Assembly: GCA_964541225.1 (NCBI GenBank)
Contig: CAZIPN010000004.1
Coordinates: forward strand, 24,382-88,381
Origin: an uncultured Eubacteriales bacterium
Lineage (GTDB): Bacteria > Actinomycetota > Coriobacteriia > Anaerosomatales > JAAXUF01
Reading direction: 5' to 3'
DNA length: 64,000 bases
Shown: positions 46,917-57,318 of the stretch, in pieces
How positions within the stretch are numbered: position 1 is the first letter of the stretch
Layout: every line of letters begins with the position of its first letter
Notes under the pieces: generated by a model
Told to the model about the DNA's origin: nothing
The model's input: only the letters and a program-made list of their open reading frames with translations
Databases searched by the model: none
Program-made: the position numbers and the translations under genes

Positions 46917-49676
46917 TTAGCCCTTCCCCTCTGCCGCTTTGCTCACTTTGACGGTGAACTGGCTAGCCATAGTCCCGGCGGCTATCGGTTCGATCTGGCG
47001 AGGTACCAGTTTGTTGTATGCGGCGCCGAGCCCAACTGCCGACGTCTGCGCCTTGTTTTCAGCGCCGAAGGGCGCCGGGAAGAAGAGCGTGTCCGGACGA
47101 ATGAGGTCGGTGACGAATATCGGACTCTCCACTTGCAGGTCGGCTCGCGTGTTCTTGAGAACGACCGTGTCGTTGTCCTTCAAGCCCAGCTTGGCCGCAC
47201 GCTTGGTGTTCATCCAGACGCGCATGTACAGGTCCGGCTTCTGTTCGGTCACGGCGACCAGCAGATCGTTGTCGGATGTCGATGTGTGGGTCATGGTCGG
47301 GATGTGACCATAGGTCATGTAGAACTCGTCACTGCCCAGACTCTCTCCGGCCGCAAGTCCGTCCCTGAAGACCGTGTCGGTGTACATCAGCAGCGGATCC
47401 ATGTGCGGATCGTACTCGCCGCCTGCTAGCGTCGTCAGATCGGCGAACAGCATGGAGTACAGCTCGATGCGACCCGACGGGGTGGGTGCCGGGTACTTGC
47501 GAGGAACCCCGCTCTCGGCGACGATCTCGTCCTTCGTCTTCAGAGTGATGGCTCCCTTTTCGAGATCCTTGCCCATCTTCTCGGCAGTGAGCCCGAACCC
47601 GGGCGCCTCATGCGCAACCGCCATCTCGCGAAGCGCCGGAACAACCGAGCGCCCATTCTGACGCAGGTCGTTAAATGTCTTGAGCGTCGCGTTGGGATCC
47701 GCGCCCAAATTGGTGGCAAGCGTCTTGACGTACGGCTCATAGGAGCCCATACGTTGTGAAAAGTCGAGGAAGATGTCGAGCAAGTGCTTGCCGTCCACGA
47801 CGGGTGGCACTGCTGGAGTCCTCGAAGCGAACGTCATGTCCGCCGACTGCGAATCCATCAGGACCTCAGGCCTCTCAAGGTAGGTCAGGTCCGGGAGGAT
47901 GACGTCCGCATAGGCTGCGGTGTCAGTCGGCAAGACATCGATATCGACGATGATCTTGATGTTCTCGTTGGAGAACAGGGCCTTCTGATCTTCCGAGCTG
48001 AAGAAGCTCCGCACGGGGTTCGTGGCTGCGATGCCGATTGCTCGGGTCTGGTAGGGCTTCCCCTTGTATTGGAGCTTACCCTCTACGGATTCGGAGAGCC
48101 CAAGGTCAGTGAAGAGGTTGAAGGGGACCGACGGCTTGCCCTTCGCGCGCTGGTTCTCATTCCAGACTTCGCTGATTCCGGGGAACCCGTGCATCCACTG
48201 GCTGGGGTCGTTGAAGATCGCCTGCCTGATGAGGGGAAGTCGGACCCCGGGAGTATCGGGCTCCAACGTGGGCTCACCCTTGGCCATGTTGTCCCAGTAG
48301 TCCTTGATCAGTTCGTGCTGCTTGCCGGTGTAGTACCACCCACCGGGTCGGTCGATTCCGCCGATGAGCGCCTGGATCATTGCGGCGGTCTTCCAGGTCA
48401 TCGGCGACGTGTCATATCGGCCGTCGGCCCAGCCTGAGTAGACCATCGCGGGATTGGTCTGCGAGAACTGCTTGGCGACCGAGTCGATCGTTTTGGTGTC
48501 AATGCCTGTGATCTCCGAGGCCCACTCGGCCGTGAATCCCGCCGTGCGCTCCCTGAGGAAGGAGAAGACGCTCTTGACCGGTTTGCCGTTCCACGATGCC
48601 GTGGCGTCGAGAGCCGGGCTCACCGATGATCCGTCCACGGCTTTGTCATTGCGGTTGCTCACGCCAGGAACTGCCACGACCTTGCCCGTGTTTTTGTCGA
48701 CCACGTAGAACCGGCCGGGGGTTCCGTTTGGCCCGGCGTCCATTGCGAGCCTGAGCATCTTCCCATCCATGTACGCCAGGAAAGGAGCGTTGGTATGGGT
48801 TGCCAGGAACTCCGCATCGTACGTTCCGGAGGTCAGAATCTCGTGCATGACCGCAAGCAGGAAAGCGCCATCCGTGCCCGGCTTGATGGAAAGCCACATC
48901 TCTCCAGGCCGTGCAGCTTCGGTGAGTCTCGGATCCAGCGTAACAACGGTGGCTCCGTTGGCCAGGCCCTCGGTGTAGGAAACGATGCGTCCGGTCGACG
49001 CGGTTAGCGCTGCGTTGGACCTGAAGTTCAGTCCAAACTTGGCGCGTGCGTAGTCAGAGGAAACCTCGTCGTGGGCGTTAAATGTTCCGAGTGCCGAGTC
49101 AAGGCCAAGAACCTGGCCATACATGCAGCGCTGGATGGTCGATCCGACCAAGTTGGGGATCTGACTCGCTCGCATGAATGGCAGGAGGTAGGAGCCATAC
49201 AACGAGCACACTAGCCAGCCGCCCATTGCCGTCATTTCCCACGGCATGATCTTGTTGTCCTGCGCGACTTGCATGACGTGCTTGTAGGCCTCGTCCCACG
49301 AGACGGCCTTGAAGTTCCATTCGCCGCGCTTCGAGCCCTTGACTCGGATCAGGGGCTTCTTGATGCGGTCGGGGCTATACAGGAGTCGCAGTCCCGATTG
49401 TCCGCGCGCGCACGTGTGACCTTGATTGAAGGAGTGGCCCGGATCGCCCTCGATCTTGACCGCTCGCTTCTGTCCGTCAACCTCTTTGACCGCAACTTGA
49501 ATACCGCAGAAACTTGGGCAGAGGTTGCAGACGTTTGGCTTCCACTCGATCTCACCGGCGGTGGCCTGGGCGAGAGTTTCAGTCGCAGACGTTCCCACGT
49601 ACTTCAGGAACATCAGGCCCGCTCCGGCGGCAGCGCCCGCCTTGATGAAGGTACGGCGGCTCAGACCCGCCTTCAT
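46917..49676 (-). CDS. Tat-exported molybdopterin (bis-MGD) oxidoreductase catalytic subunit, Psr/Phs/Ttr/Arr-like. Substrate unknown.
   Basis: 919 aa from MKAGLSRRTFIKAG (twin-arginine motif, SD GAGGG upstream). FS0 motif CNLCPSFCG...CARG. The MopB domain order is typical of the DMSO reductase family. Confidence 0.88.
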   Translation of the reverse strand: MKAGLSRRTFIKAGAAAGAGLMFLKYVGTSATETLAQATAGEIEWKPNVCNLCPSFCGIQVAVKEVDGQKRAVKIEGDPGHSFNQGHTCARGQSGLRLLYSPDRIKKPLIRVKGSKRGEWNFKAVSWDEAYKHVMQVAQDNKIMPWEMTAMGGWLVCSLYGSYLLPFMRASQIPNLVGSTIQRCMYGQVLGLDSALGTFNAHDEVSSDYARAKFGLNFRSNAALTASTGRIVSYTEGLANGATVVTLDPRLTEAARPGEMWLSIKPGTDGAFLLAVMHEILTSGTYDAEFLATHTNAPFLAYMDGKMLRLAMDAGPNGTPGRFYVVDKNTGKVVAVPGVSNRNDKAVDGSSVSPALDATASWNGKPVKSVFSFLRERTAGFTAEWASEITGIDTKTIDSVAKQFSQTNPAMVYSGWADGRYDTSPMTWKTAAMIQALIGGIDRPGGWYYTGKQHELIKDYWDNMAKGEPTLEPDTPGVRLPLIRQAIFNDPSQWMHGFPGISEVWNENQRAKGKPSVPFNLFTDLGLSESVEGKLQYKGKPYQTRAIGIAATNPVRSFFSSEDQKALFSNENIKIIVDIDVLPTDTAAYADVILPDLTYLERPEVLMDSQSADMTFASRTPAVPPVVDGKHLLDIFLDFSQRMGSYEPYVKTLATNLGADPNATLKTFNDLRQNGRSVVPALREMAVAHEAPGFGLTAEKMGKDLEKGAITLKTKDEIVAESGVPRKYPAPTPSGRIELYSMLFADLTTLAGGEYDPHMDPLLMYTDTVFRDGLAAGESLGSDEFYMTYGHIPTMTHTSTSDNDLLVAVTEQKPDLYMRVWMNTKRAAKLGLKDNDTVVLKNTRADLQVESPIFVTDLIRPDTLFFPAPFGAENKAQTSAVGLGAAYNKLVPRQIEPIAAGTMASQFTVKVSKAAEGKG

Positions 49677-50118
49677 GACGCTGCCCTCGTGCCGAGTGAG
49701 GCGCCGAATGAGTCTGAGTCTGATGCGCGCTTCAGGCGGCATCCTGGACGAGAGACATCGCGGCATAGGAACTGTGCATGGCGTTGCATGCCTTACCCCC
49801 TTGCTTCTCTTTTGCGGCTTCCGGCGAGCCGCCATCGGCAACGGTGCGGATGCCGACGATTGACTCGAAGGAAACCGATGCTTTCCCGCCTACCGGGACG
49901 GGTCGTACGGTGTGCGGTGCTAAAGCGTACACACCTATCCTGTAACACAGCATCGCACATTTTGGATTGGAATTGGAGTTACGTTTCCGGCGGCCGGTCA
50001 AATCAAGGCCGTGAGAGGCCACGTCCATCTGCGCAGCATATCGCTGCCATTCGAGTGCCGTATTAGATTTCGGCCGAAATGGGTACGGGTCCTGCCGCAG
50101 CCCGGCGCGTGCGGTGGC

Positions 50119-50149
50119 TTGACCGCGCGCGAGCGTGTGACTGTATAGT
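50119..50149 (+). promoter_or_regulatory. candidate sigma70-type promoter for the tRNA cluster
   Basis: TTGACC (50119-24) and TATAGT (50144-49). The spacer is 19 nt, which is longer than optimal. Lies about 70 nt upstream of tRNA-Gly. Confidence 0.3.
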
Positions 50150-50220
50150 GTCCAAGCGACTTGGCAGGGGGTCAGCGACGAGCGCAGGGCAGTCCTGTCA
50201 GTGGCGATGAACTCGCGGTG

Positions 50221-50296
50221 TGCGGCCGTAGTTCAATTGGTAGAGCATCAGCCTTCCAAGCTGATTGTTGCGGGTTCGAGTCCCGTCGGCCGCTCC
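50221..50296 (+). tRNA. tRNA-Gly (anticodon TCC), CCA encoded
   Basis: Acceptor GCGGCCG/CGGCCGC, anticodon arm TCAGC-CTTCCAA-GCTGA, T-loop GCGGG-TTCGAGT-CCCGT. Confidence 0.9.
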
Positions 50297-50366
50297 ATTG
50301 ACAACCTACGTCGTCGCAGGTACCGTACCGCTTCGCGGCACGGTCCTCGAGGGCGAAGCATGTTCT

Positions 50367-50443
50367 GCGCCCGTAGCTCAGCTGGATAGAGCGGGAGACT
50401 TCTAATCTCTAGGTCGGGGGTTCGAATCCCTCCGGGCGTGCCA
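50367..50443 (+). tRNA. tRNA-Arg (anticodon TCT), CCA encoded
   Basis: GCGCCCGTAGCTCAGCTGGATAGAGC..., anticodon loop CTTCTAA, T-loop GGGGG-TTCGAAT-CCCTC. Confidence 0.88.
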
Positions 50444-50453
50444 CGCCACTCAT

Positions 50454-50531
50454 GGTGGGTGTAGCTCAGTTGGTTAGAGCGTCGGACTGTGGCTCCGAAG
50501 GTCGCGGGTTCGAGTCCCGTCTCCCACCCCA
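50454..50531 (+). tRNA. tRNA-His (anticodon GTG) with encoded G-1, CCA encoded
   Basis: Extra 5' G opposite discriminator C. Anticodon arm TCGGA-CTGTGGC-TCCGA. One U-U mismatch in the acceptor stem. Confidence 0.85.
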
Positions 50532-50577
50532 TGAGTTGAAAACGCGCTGTGCCGCCGCGTCGACAAGCGCTGCAAAT

Positions 50578-50653
<76 letters not shown>

Positions 50654-50665
50654 TCATTCACTCAG

Positions 50666-50695
50666 CGAGGGTGTCCGGGACAGCGGACACCCTCG
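50666..50695. terminator. strong hairpin: bidirectional terminator between the tRNA cluster and the convergent gene
   Basis: CGAGGGTGTCCG-ggacag-CGGACACCCTCG, a perfect 12-bp stem. Confidence 0.65.
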
Positions 50696-50698
50696 TCG

Positions 50699-51169
50699 CT
50701 AGCGCCACTTCAGCTTGCGCTTGCACTCCTCGAGCGTCTTGTAGTGCCCGAATGCGCGCCAGTACTTCTTAGGCAGGTGGCCGACCTTGGTGATGCGCAC
50801 CTTGCCGAGCCCCGGAAGCGCGATTCGTTTGGCACCACCCCACGCGATATCCACTTTCCGGTGCGTCGACTTCGCGGGACCGTAGTCGAGGTTGCAGTAG
50901 ATGCCCGAGTACCACTTGCCGTGACGCCGATAGCTGATCTTCCACAAGTCGCCGAAGTGGCGCGTGCGCAAAGCGATGACGTTCCGCCCGTATGAGAGGT
51001 GTCCAGCATGCGGAGCGGCGATTGTGCTGCCGCAGTGATCGTGCGGTCCCCCATACATGGACGCGCGAACCGTTTTGCCGACGGCTGGCGATGCGAACCA
51101 TCCCACCGCCATGACCGCAAGGGCGATGATCCCTAGCGTTCTTGTACGACGTGCACGTGTGCCTGGCAT
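50699..51169 (-). CDS. secreted protein with an RlpA-like/3D-type double-psi beta-barrel pattern (possible cell-wall-acting protein)
   Basis: 156 aa from the ATG with a GAGGAGG SD. Signal peptide. ASMYGG...IALRTRHFGDLW...LDYGP...VDIAWGGAKRIAL pattern. The assignment is tentative. Confidence 0.4.
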   Translation of the reverse strand: MPGTRARRTRTLGIIALAVMAVGWFASPAVGKTVRASMYGGPHDHCGSTIAAPHAGHLSYGRNVIALRTRHFGDLWKISYRRHGKWYSGIYCNLDYGPAKSTHRKVDIAWGGAKRIALPGLGKVRITKVGHLPKKYWRAFGHYKTLEECKRKLKWR

Positions 51170-51681
51170 GTTGTTCCTCCTCGTTGTGCGAGCGTTGTGC
51201 CTGACGAGTCCTTGTGGTGCGCCACGGCGAACAAACGCAAGGCGACGGTTGTGGGCCACACCAATGGCGACCTATGGGTGCGACAACGGATTGAGCGGGT
51301 GCGGCGCTTGCGAAGCTGCCGCCCACGGATTCGAAGTGCGGTCAGGCGGTGACCACCTGGCTGGCTGGATGACGCCGCGCTGGATTCCGATCGTCTGCAT
51401 GTGGACGGAGTGGGCAGAGTGAGGCGGAAGCGTCGATGAGCATCCCTTGTGACGGTGCCGGATGTTTCGGCACGGTCGGGCATCTCGGCAAGCCGCGTCG
51501 GGCGAAGATCACCTCGGACCACGACACCTCTGCAAGGACCTGGCCATGTGCGCAGGGAGTCCGTTCCTCACCACGACGGACTGCCGAGGAGGGGGGCTTG
51601 GGCCGCAGGCGCTCTCGCCGGCCGAGTTTGTGCTCTTCAACGACCCGAAATCACTTGTCAACGCGGGCCTATGCGACCTCG

Positions 51682-52815
51682 ATGGACTCGACTAGCATGG
51701 TGTCGGCCGCCCCCTCAGTTATCGGAGAGCGCTTGTCACACGGATCACACGACGAAGAAAGCCGCTACAAGGCATTCTCCAACGCCTTCAAGACGGCTTG
51801 GGTGCTCGCGCTCACTCGGTCGACGGCGCTGTTCGTCAGCGTGTACTCCCTCGTCAACAGTGTGGCTCAGGCGCGCAGTGGCAAGGCAACCCAGGATCTC
51901 TGGTGGATCCACATGGGCTTCCTGCCTAGTTCAGTCGCACTTGGCCTGGGCGCAGGGGCCTCGGCGATTCTGCTCGCGTATGTGTTCGCGCCGAAGATGT
52001 CCAGATGGCGGCGTGTGCTCACGCTTGCCGCATGCGCGATGTTCGCGGTGATCGCGCTGGAAAATGCCGCCGAATTCTACCAGGCGTGGGGTGCGGGTCT
52101 GTTTCGGCCGAGCTTCGCGATTCCGTTCTCAGTCGTGGTCGCAGCGGTGTTTGTACTGCTCGGCTGGGGTGTGTGGATGATCCGTTCGAAGAAGCTGCTT
52201 GCTGCCGATCACATCGCGATGCTCCTCGGAGTCGCGGTTCTGATGATCCTGTTCCCACTGGCGCAGATAGCGTTCTTCGGAACGTCGGACTATCGCGCCA
52301 AAGCCGATGCGGCGGTCGTGTTTGGCGCGCGCGTGTTCGACAATGGCTCGCTGTCGCCGTCGCTGCGCGATCGCGTTGCCACGGCGGTTGACTTGTACCA
52401 GTCCGGTCTGGTCAAGCAGCTGGTGATGTCAGGTGGCGTCGAGCCAAACGGAACCGATGAGTCGATTGCGATGCGCAATGCCGCCGAGAGGGCTGGTGTT
52501 CCAGCGTCGGCGATTCTGCTCGACCCGCTAGGGATGGACACCGATGCGACGGTGCGCAACACCATCACGATCTTCAAGCGCGAGGGCGTCCATCACGCAC
52601 TTGCCGTAAGCCAGGGCTATCACCTGCCGAGAATCAAGCTCGCGTTCCTTGCTGCTGGCTGGGATGTACGAACCGTTCCCGCGCAGCAGCTTGAGCCGAT
52701 CTGGGGCACACCTGCATTCGTTGCTCGCGAGGTTCCCGCTTTCTGGGAGTATTGGGCTCGCGCGGCACTGAGACAGATAAGCGGCGGTGACCTGGTTCTC
52801 GTGAAGGGCGACTGA
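51682..52815 (+). CDS. membrane protein with a C-terminal DUF218 (YdcF/SanA-like) domain
   Basis: TM-rich N-terminal half. DUF218 core AVVFGARV...LVMSGG...ESIAMRNAAERAGVPASAILLD. The start is uncertain (51682 or 51697). The upstream extension is Arg/Ser-rich and was rejected. Confidence 0.65.
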   Translation: MDSTSMVSAAPSVIGERLSHGSHDEESRYKAFSNAFKTAWVLALTRSTALFVSVYSLVNSVAQARSGKATQDLWWIHMGFLPSSVALGLGAGASAILLAYVFAPKMSRWRRVLTLAACAMFAVIALENAAEFYQAWGAGLFRPSFAIPFSVVVAAVFVLLGWGVWMIRSKKLLAADHIAMLLGVAVLMILFPLAQIAFFGTSDYRAKADAAVVFGARVFDNGSLSPSLRDRVATAVDLYQSGLVKQLVMSGGVEPNGTDESIAMRNAAERAGVPASAILLDPLGMDTDATVRNTITIFKREGVHHALAVSQGYHLPRIKLAFLAAGWDVRTVPAQQLEPIWGTPAFVAREVPAFWEYWARAALRQISGGDLVLVKGD

Positions 52816-52992
52816 CGCGGTGTTTCGCACTCGACGGCTCGGATGGCCACGATCATGCAGACACGGGCATCGATCGCGTGCAGACTGCGCCGTCGGCGAT
52901 TCCGCGTGTTCGGCTGCCATCCCTGCCGCAAATTGTGCGCTTGAAGTGCGGAATAGCCGGTGTGCTTTTGCTATCATGGGTGACCGTGTCAT

Positions 52993-53077
52993 GCGGGCGT
53001 GGCGGAACTGGCAGACGCGCCGGATTTAGGTTCCGGTGAGGAAACTCGTGGAGGTTCGAGTCCTCTCGCCCGCACCA
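52993..53077 (+). tRNA. tRNA-Leu (anticodon TAG), long variable arm, CCA encoded
   Basis: Acceptor GCGGGCG/CGCCCGC, anticodon arm CCGGA-TTTAGGT-TCCGG, variable stem-loop, T-loop GGAGG-TTCGAGT-CCTCT. Confidence 0.9.
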
Positions 53078-53132
53078 GTCGACTGAACTCGCCGGACGGC
53101 TCCGGCATCACATCACGCGAAGGGATCCATCT

Positions 53133-54536
53133 GTGCTGACCACATCCGTCGAGCCCCTCGAGGGTTCGAACGCCAAGCTGACCGTGACCGTGCCGGCTCA
53201 GGGCGTCGACGCTTCGATCGCCGAAGCCTACAGTCGCATCAGCTCGAAGCTGCGCGTCCCCGGGTTCAGGAAGGGCAAAGTCCCTCGGCCGGTCGTCGAC
53301 AACTACGTCGGCAGAACGCATGTGCTCGCCGAGGCGACCGAAGGGCTCGTCAACGACTGGTACCCTCGCGCGGTCGACGCCGAGAACCTGCGGCCCATCG
53401 AGTCTCCGGAGATTGACGAACTCGACACCGTAGAGCCGGGCAAGGACTACACGTTCACACTCGAAGTCGCGCTTCGGCCCGAACTCGAGGTCGAGTCCTA
53501 CGATGACATCACTGTCGAGGTGCCTCGCCGAGAAGTCACCGACGCTGACATCGACGCCCAGCTCGGCGAGCTACGCGAGCGGTTTGCCTCGCTTGTGCCG
53601 GTGGAGGATCGAGGCATCGAAGCCGATGACTTCGTGCTCCTGTCCTTTGTCGGCTACGTTGATGGCGACACCTATGAGGGCAACACCGTCGACAAGTACC
53701 TCTACGAGACTGGCCGCGGCCTCATGCCCACCGAGTTCGACGAGGGTTTGATGGGGCTCAGGCCCGGCGCAGAAACCCACATTGAGTTTCCGATTCCGGA
53801 GGCGTCGTCTAACCAGGAGTACGTCGGCAAGACGGCCCAGTTCGACGTCGAGATTCACGAGATCAAGGCGAAGCAGCTGCCGGAAGTCGATGACGACTTC
53901 GCCGCCGAGATGGGCTTCGACACCGCAGAGGCCATGCGCGAAGACACGCGTAGCCGCCTGGACATGCAGCGCCTTCTTGCCTACAACCGCGAGAAGGAGA
54001 AGGCCGCCCGCGAAGTGTTGGCATCGCGCACGCCGGGTGTCATACCCGATCCCATGATCAAGAGTCGTGCGCAAAGCCTCGAGACCGATTTCAACACGCG
54101 CCTGCAGGAGCAGGGTCTCACGCTGGAGGCTTACGCAAACATGACCGGGATGACGCGCGAGGACTTCGAGGCGAACATCCTGAACGACGCCGAGCAGGCC
54201 GTGCGCGAGGATCTCGCCCTCGAGTCGCTCTTCCGCGCACTGGGCTTTGAAGTCACCGAGGACGACATCAACAAGGAGCTCGAGGATCTGGCGACAGCAT
54301 CCAAGATCACGGCGGAAGAAGCGCGCAAGAAGTGGGAGTCGATGGGTTTGATGGCCATCATCGGCGAGGGAGTCATGCATCGTCGGGCCGTCAGCTGGCT
54401 GATGGAGAACGTGAAGACCGTCGAAGTCAGCGACGAAGATGAGAACGCATCCAGAGCCGCCGAGGGTACGAAAGAGACATCCACAAAGCGCGCGTCGAAG
54501 AAGAAGGAAGCGGCGAGCGAGGCTTCCGAGCAGTGA
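53133..54536 (+). CDS. tig: trigger factor
   Basis: 467 aa. N-terminus [17 protein letters not shown]...[19 protein letters not shown]-like middle domain. Acidic/Lys-rich tail. GTG start. Confidence 0.93.
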   Translation: MLTTSVEPLEGSNAKLTVTVPAQGVDASIAEAYSRISSKLRVPGFRKGKVPRPVVDNYVGRTHVLAEATEGLVNDWYPRAVDAENLRPIESPEIDELDTVEPGKDYTFTLEVALRPELEVESYDDITVEVPRREVTDADIDAQLGELRERFASLVPVEDRGIEADDFVLLSFVGYVDGDTYEGNTVDKYLYETGRGLMPTEFDEGLMGLRPGAETHIEFPIPEASSNQEYVGKTAQFDVEIHEIKAKQLPEVDDDFAAEMGFDTAEAMREDTRSRLDMQRLLAYNREKEKAAREVLASRTPGVIPDPMIKSRAQSLETDFNTRLQEQGLTLEAYANMTGMTREDFEANILNDAEQAVREDLALESLFRALGFEVTEDDINKELEDLATASKITAEEARKKWESMGLMAIIGEGVMHRRAVSWLMENVKTVEVSDEDENASRAAEGTKETSTKRASKKKEAASEASEQ

Positions 54537-54561
54537 TTCACCCCGAGACGAGGAGACTTAC

Positions 54562-55184
54562 GTGATCCCAGATATCAAAGCACTCGTGCCCATCGTCATC
54601 GAGCAGACCAGCCGAGGCGAACGAAGCTTCGACATTTACTCCCGGTTGCTCAACGAGCGCATTGTCTTTCTCGGCACCGAGATCGACGATCATATCGCCA
54701 ACCTTGTGATCGCTCAGCTCCTGCACCTCGACTCGGCAGATCCGGGCAAGGACATCAACTTGTACGTGAACTCGCCGGGTGGCTCGGTCACCTCGGGCTT
54801 GGCGATCTACGACACGATGCAGTACATCAAGTCGGATGTCTCAACGGTATGCGTGGGCCAGTGCGCATCGATGGCGGCCGTTCTGCTCGCTTCGGGCGCT
54901 CCGGGCAAACGCTATGCGCTTCCGCATTCGCGCGTGCTCATTCACCAGCCGTGGGGCGGCACACAAGGCCAGGTCACGGACATCGAGATCCAGGCCAAAG
55001 AGATGCTTCGTATGCGAGATGAGCTCGACGGCATCCTGTCGCATCACACGGGTCAGACGAAGGAAACCATCCACGCAGACACGGAACGCGATAACATCAT
55101 GGAAGCTGAGGAAGCCAGGGAGTACGGGCTGGTCGATTCCGTCGTCGCGAGCCGCAAGGCCGTGGAGGAGGAGAAGTCAGAGGA

Positions 55185-55188
<4 letters not shown>
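54562..55188 (+). CDS. clpP: ATP-dependent Clp protease proteolytic subunit
   Basis: 208 aa from the GTG with an [26 protein letters not shown], catalytic [13 protein letters not shown]. Confidence 0.93.
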
Positions 55189-56456
<1,268 letters not shown>

Positions 56457-56604
56457 AAGCGAGCCCTCAAGTTCTCGCGCGCAAGAGGGCACCACGTGCC
56501 ACGTTCGCGTATCGGTGCCGAGTGCCTTGGCAGTGATACGCGGAAGCGCACCGAGCGCGGCAAATGCGTGACCGGGCAAGCCTACCGCCTGCGGAGGTCG
56601 AGGC

Positions 56605-57231
56605 GTGTACGGAATACCGATTGTTGCAGCGCTGGCTTTCGTGGTCGCCGCCACGTTCAGCCCGGGGCCCAACAACATAATGAGCGCGACGCTCGGCCTC
56701 ATGCAGGGCTATCGAAAAACGCTGCCGTTCCTCTTCGGCATCGTTGGTGGGTTCTCGACGCTTCTGCTCGCCTCCGCTGCGGCTTCGTCCGCACTGCTCG
56801 GGGCCGTACCAGCTATCGAATCGATCATGCGCTGGGTCGGGGCAACCTACATCTTGTGGCTGGCCTGGATGACGTGGGTGAGGCGAAGGTCGTTTGGGGC
56901 GAGCACGAGCGACGAGGTCCCGCCGTCGCACGGGTTTGTCGGCGGGTTCGCGCTGCAGTTCGTAAATGCGAAGGCGCTGGTCTTCGCGATCATGATGTTC
57001 ACGACGTTCCTGGCAGGCATTGCTCGCCAGCCATTCGCTCTGGCGGTGAGCGTGGGAGTTCTGGCGGCGCTAACATTCACGTCGACCTCGCTGTGGGCGC
57101 TCGGTGGAATGGCGATCCGCTTGTGGCTGAAGAAGCCGCGCGACCAGGCGATCCTGGCCGCCGTGCTCGCACTCACGCTCGTCTACACGGCCATCGAACT
57201 GGTGGTGTCAGGCGTTGGCAGGTGGCCCTAG
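56605..57231 (+). CDS. LysE/RhtB-family amino-acid exporter
   Basis: 208 aa. FSPGPNN motif, about 6 TM. Confidence 0.8.
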   Translation: MYGIPIVAALAFVVAATFSPGPNNIMSATLGLMQGYRKTLPFLFGIVGGFSTLLLASAAASSALLGAVPAIESIMRWVGATYILWLAWMTWVRRRSFGASTSDEVPPSHGFVGGFALQFVNAKALVFAIMMFTTFLAGIARQPFALAVSVGVLAALTFTSTSLWALGGMAIRLWLKKPRDQAILAAVLALTLVYTAIELVVSGVGRWP

Positions 57232-57255
57232 CGGTGGAGCCCGGACCGGTTCGTC

Positions 57256-57264
57256 TGGTATACT
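57256..57264 (+). promoter_or_regulatory. candidate extended -10 promoter (TGGTATACT) upstream of the KamA-family gene
   Basis: TGnTATACT lies 55 nt upstream of the first in-frame ATG (57319). Confidence 0.35.
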
Positions 57265-57318
57265 GTCGGCACCGAATCGGATAGTTCATAGGGGTTCGCG
57301 GCCACGGTCGCGAAGGTC

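Noticed and set aside
56457-56604. Nested hairpins between clpX and the LysE-type gene (GCCCTC...GAGGGC, GGCAC-cac-GTGCC, CGTATC...GATACG), considered as an amino-acid riboswitch.
   Set aside because: The region is too short and lacks the conserved cores of lysine, glycine or guanidine riboswitches as far as I can recall them. It is probably the clpX terminator. It would be covered by an Rfam scan.
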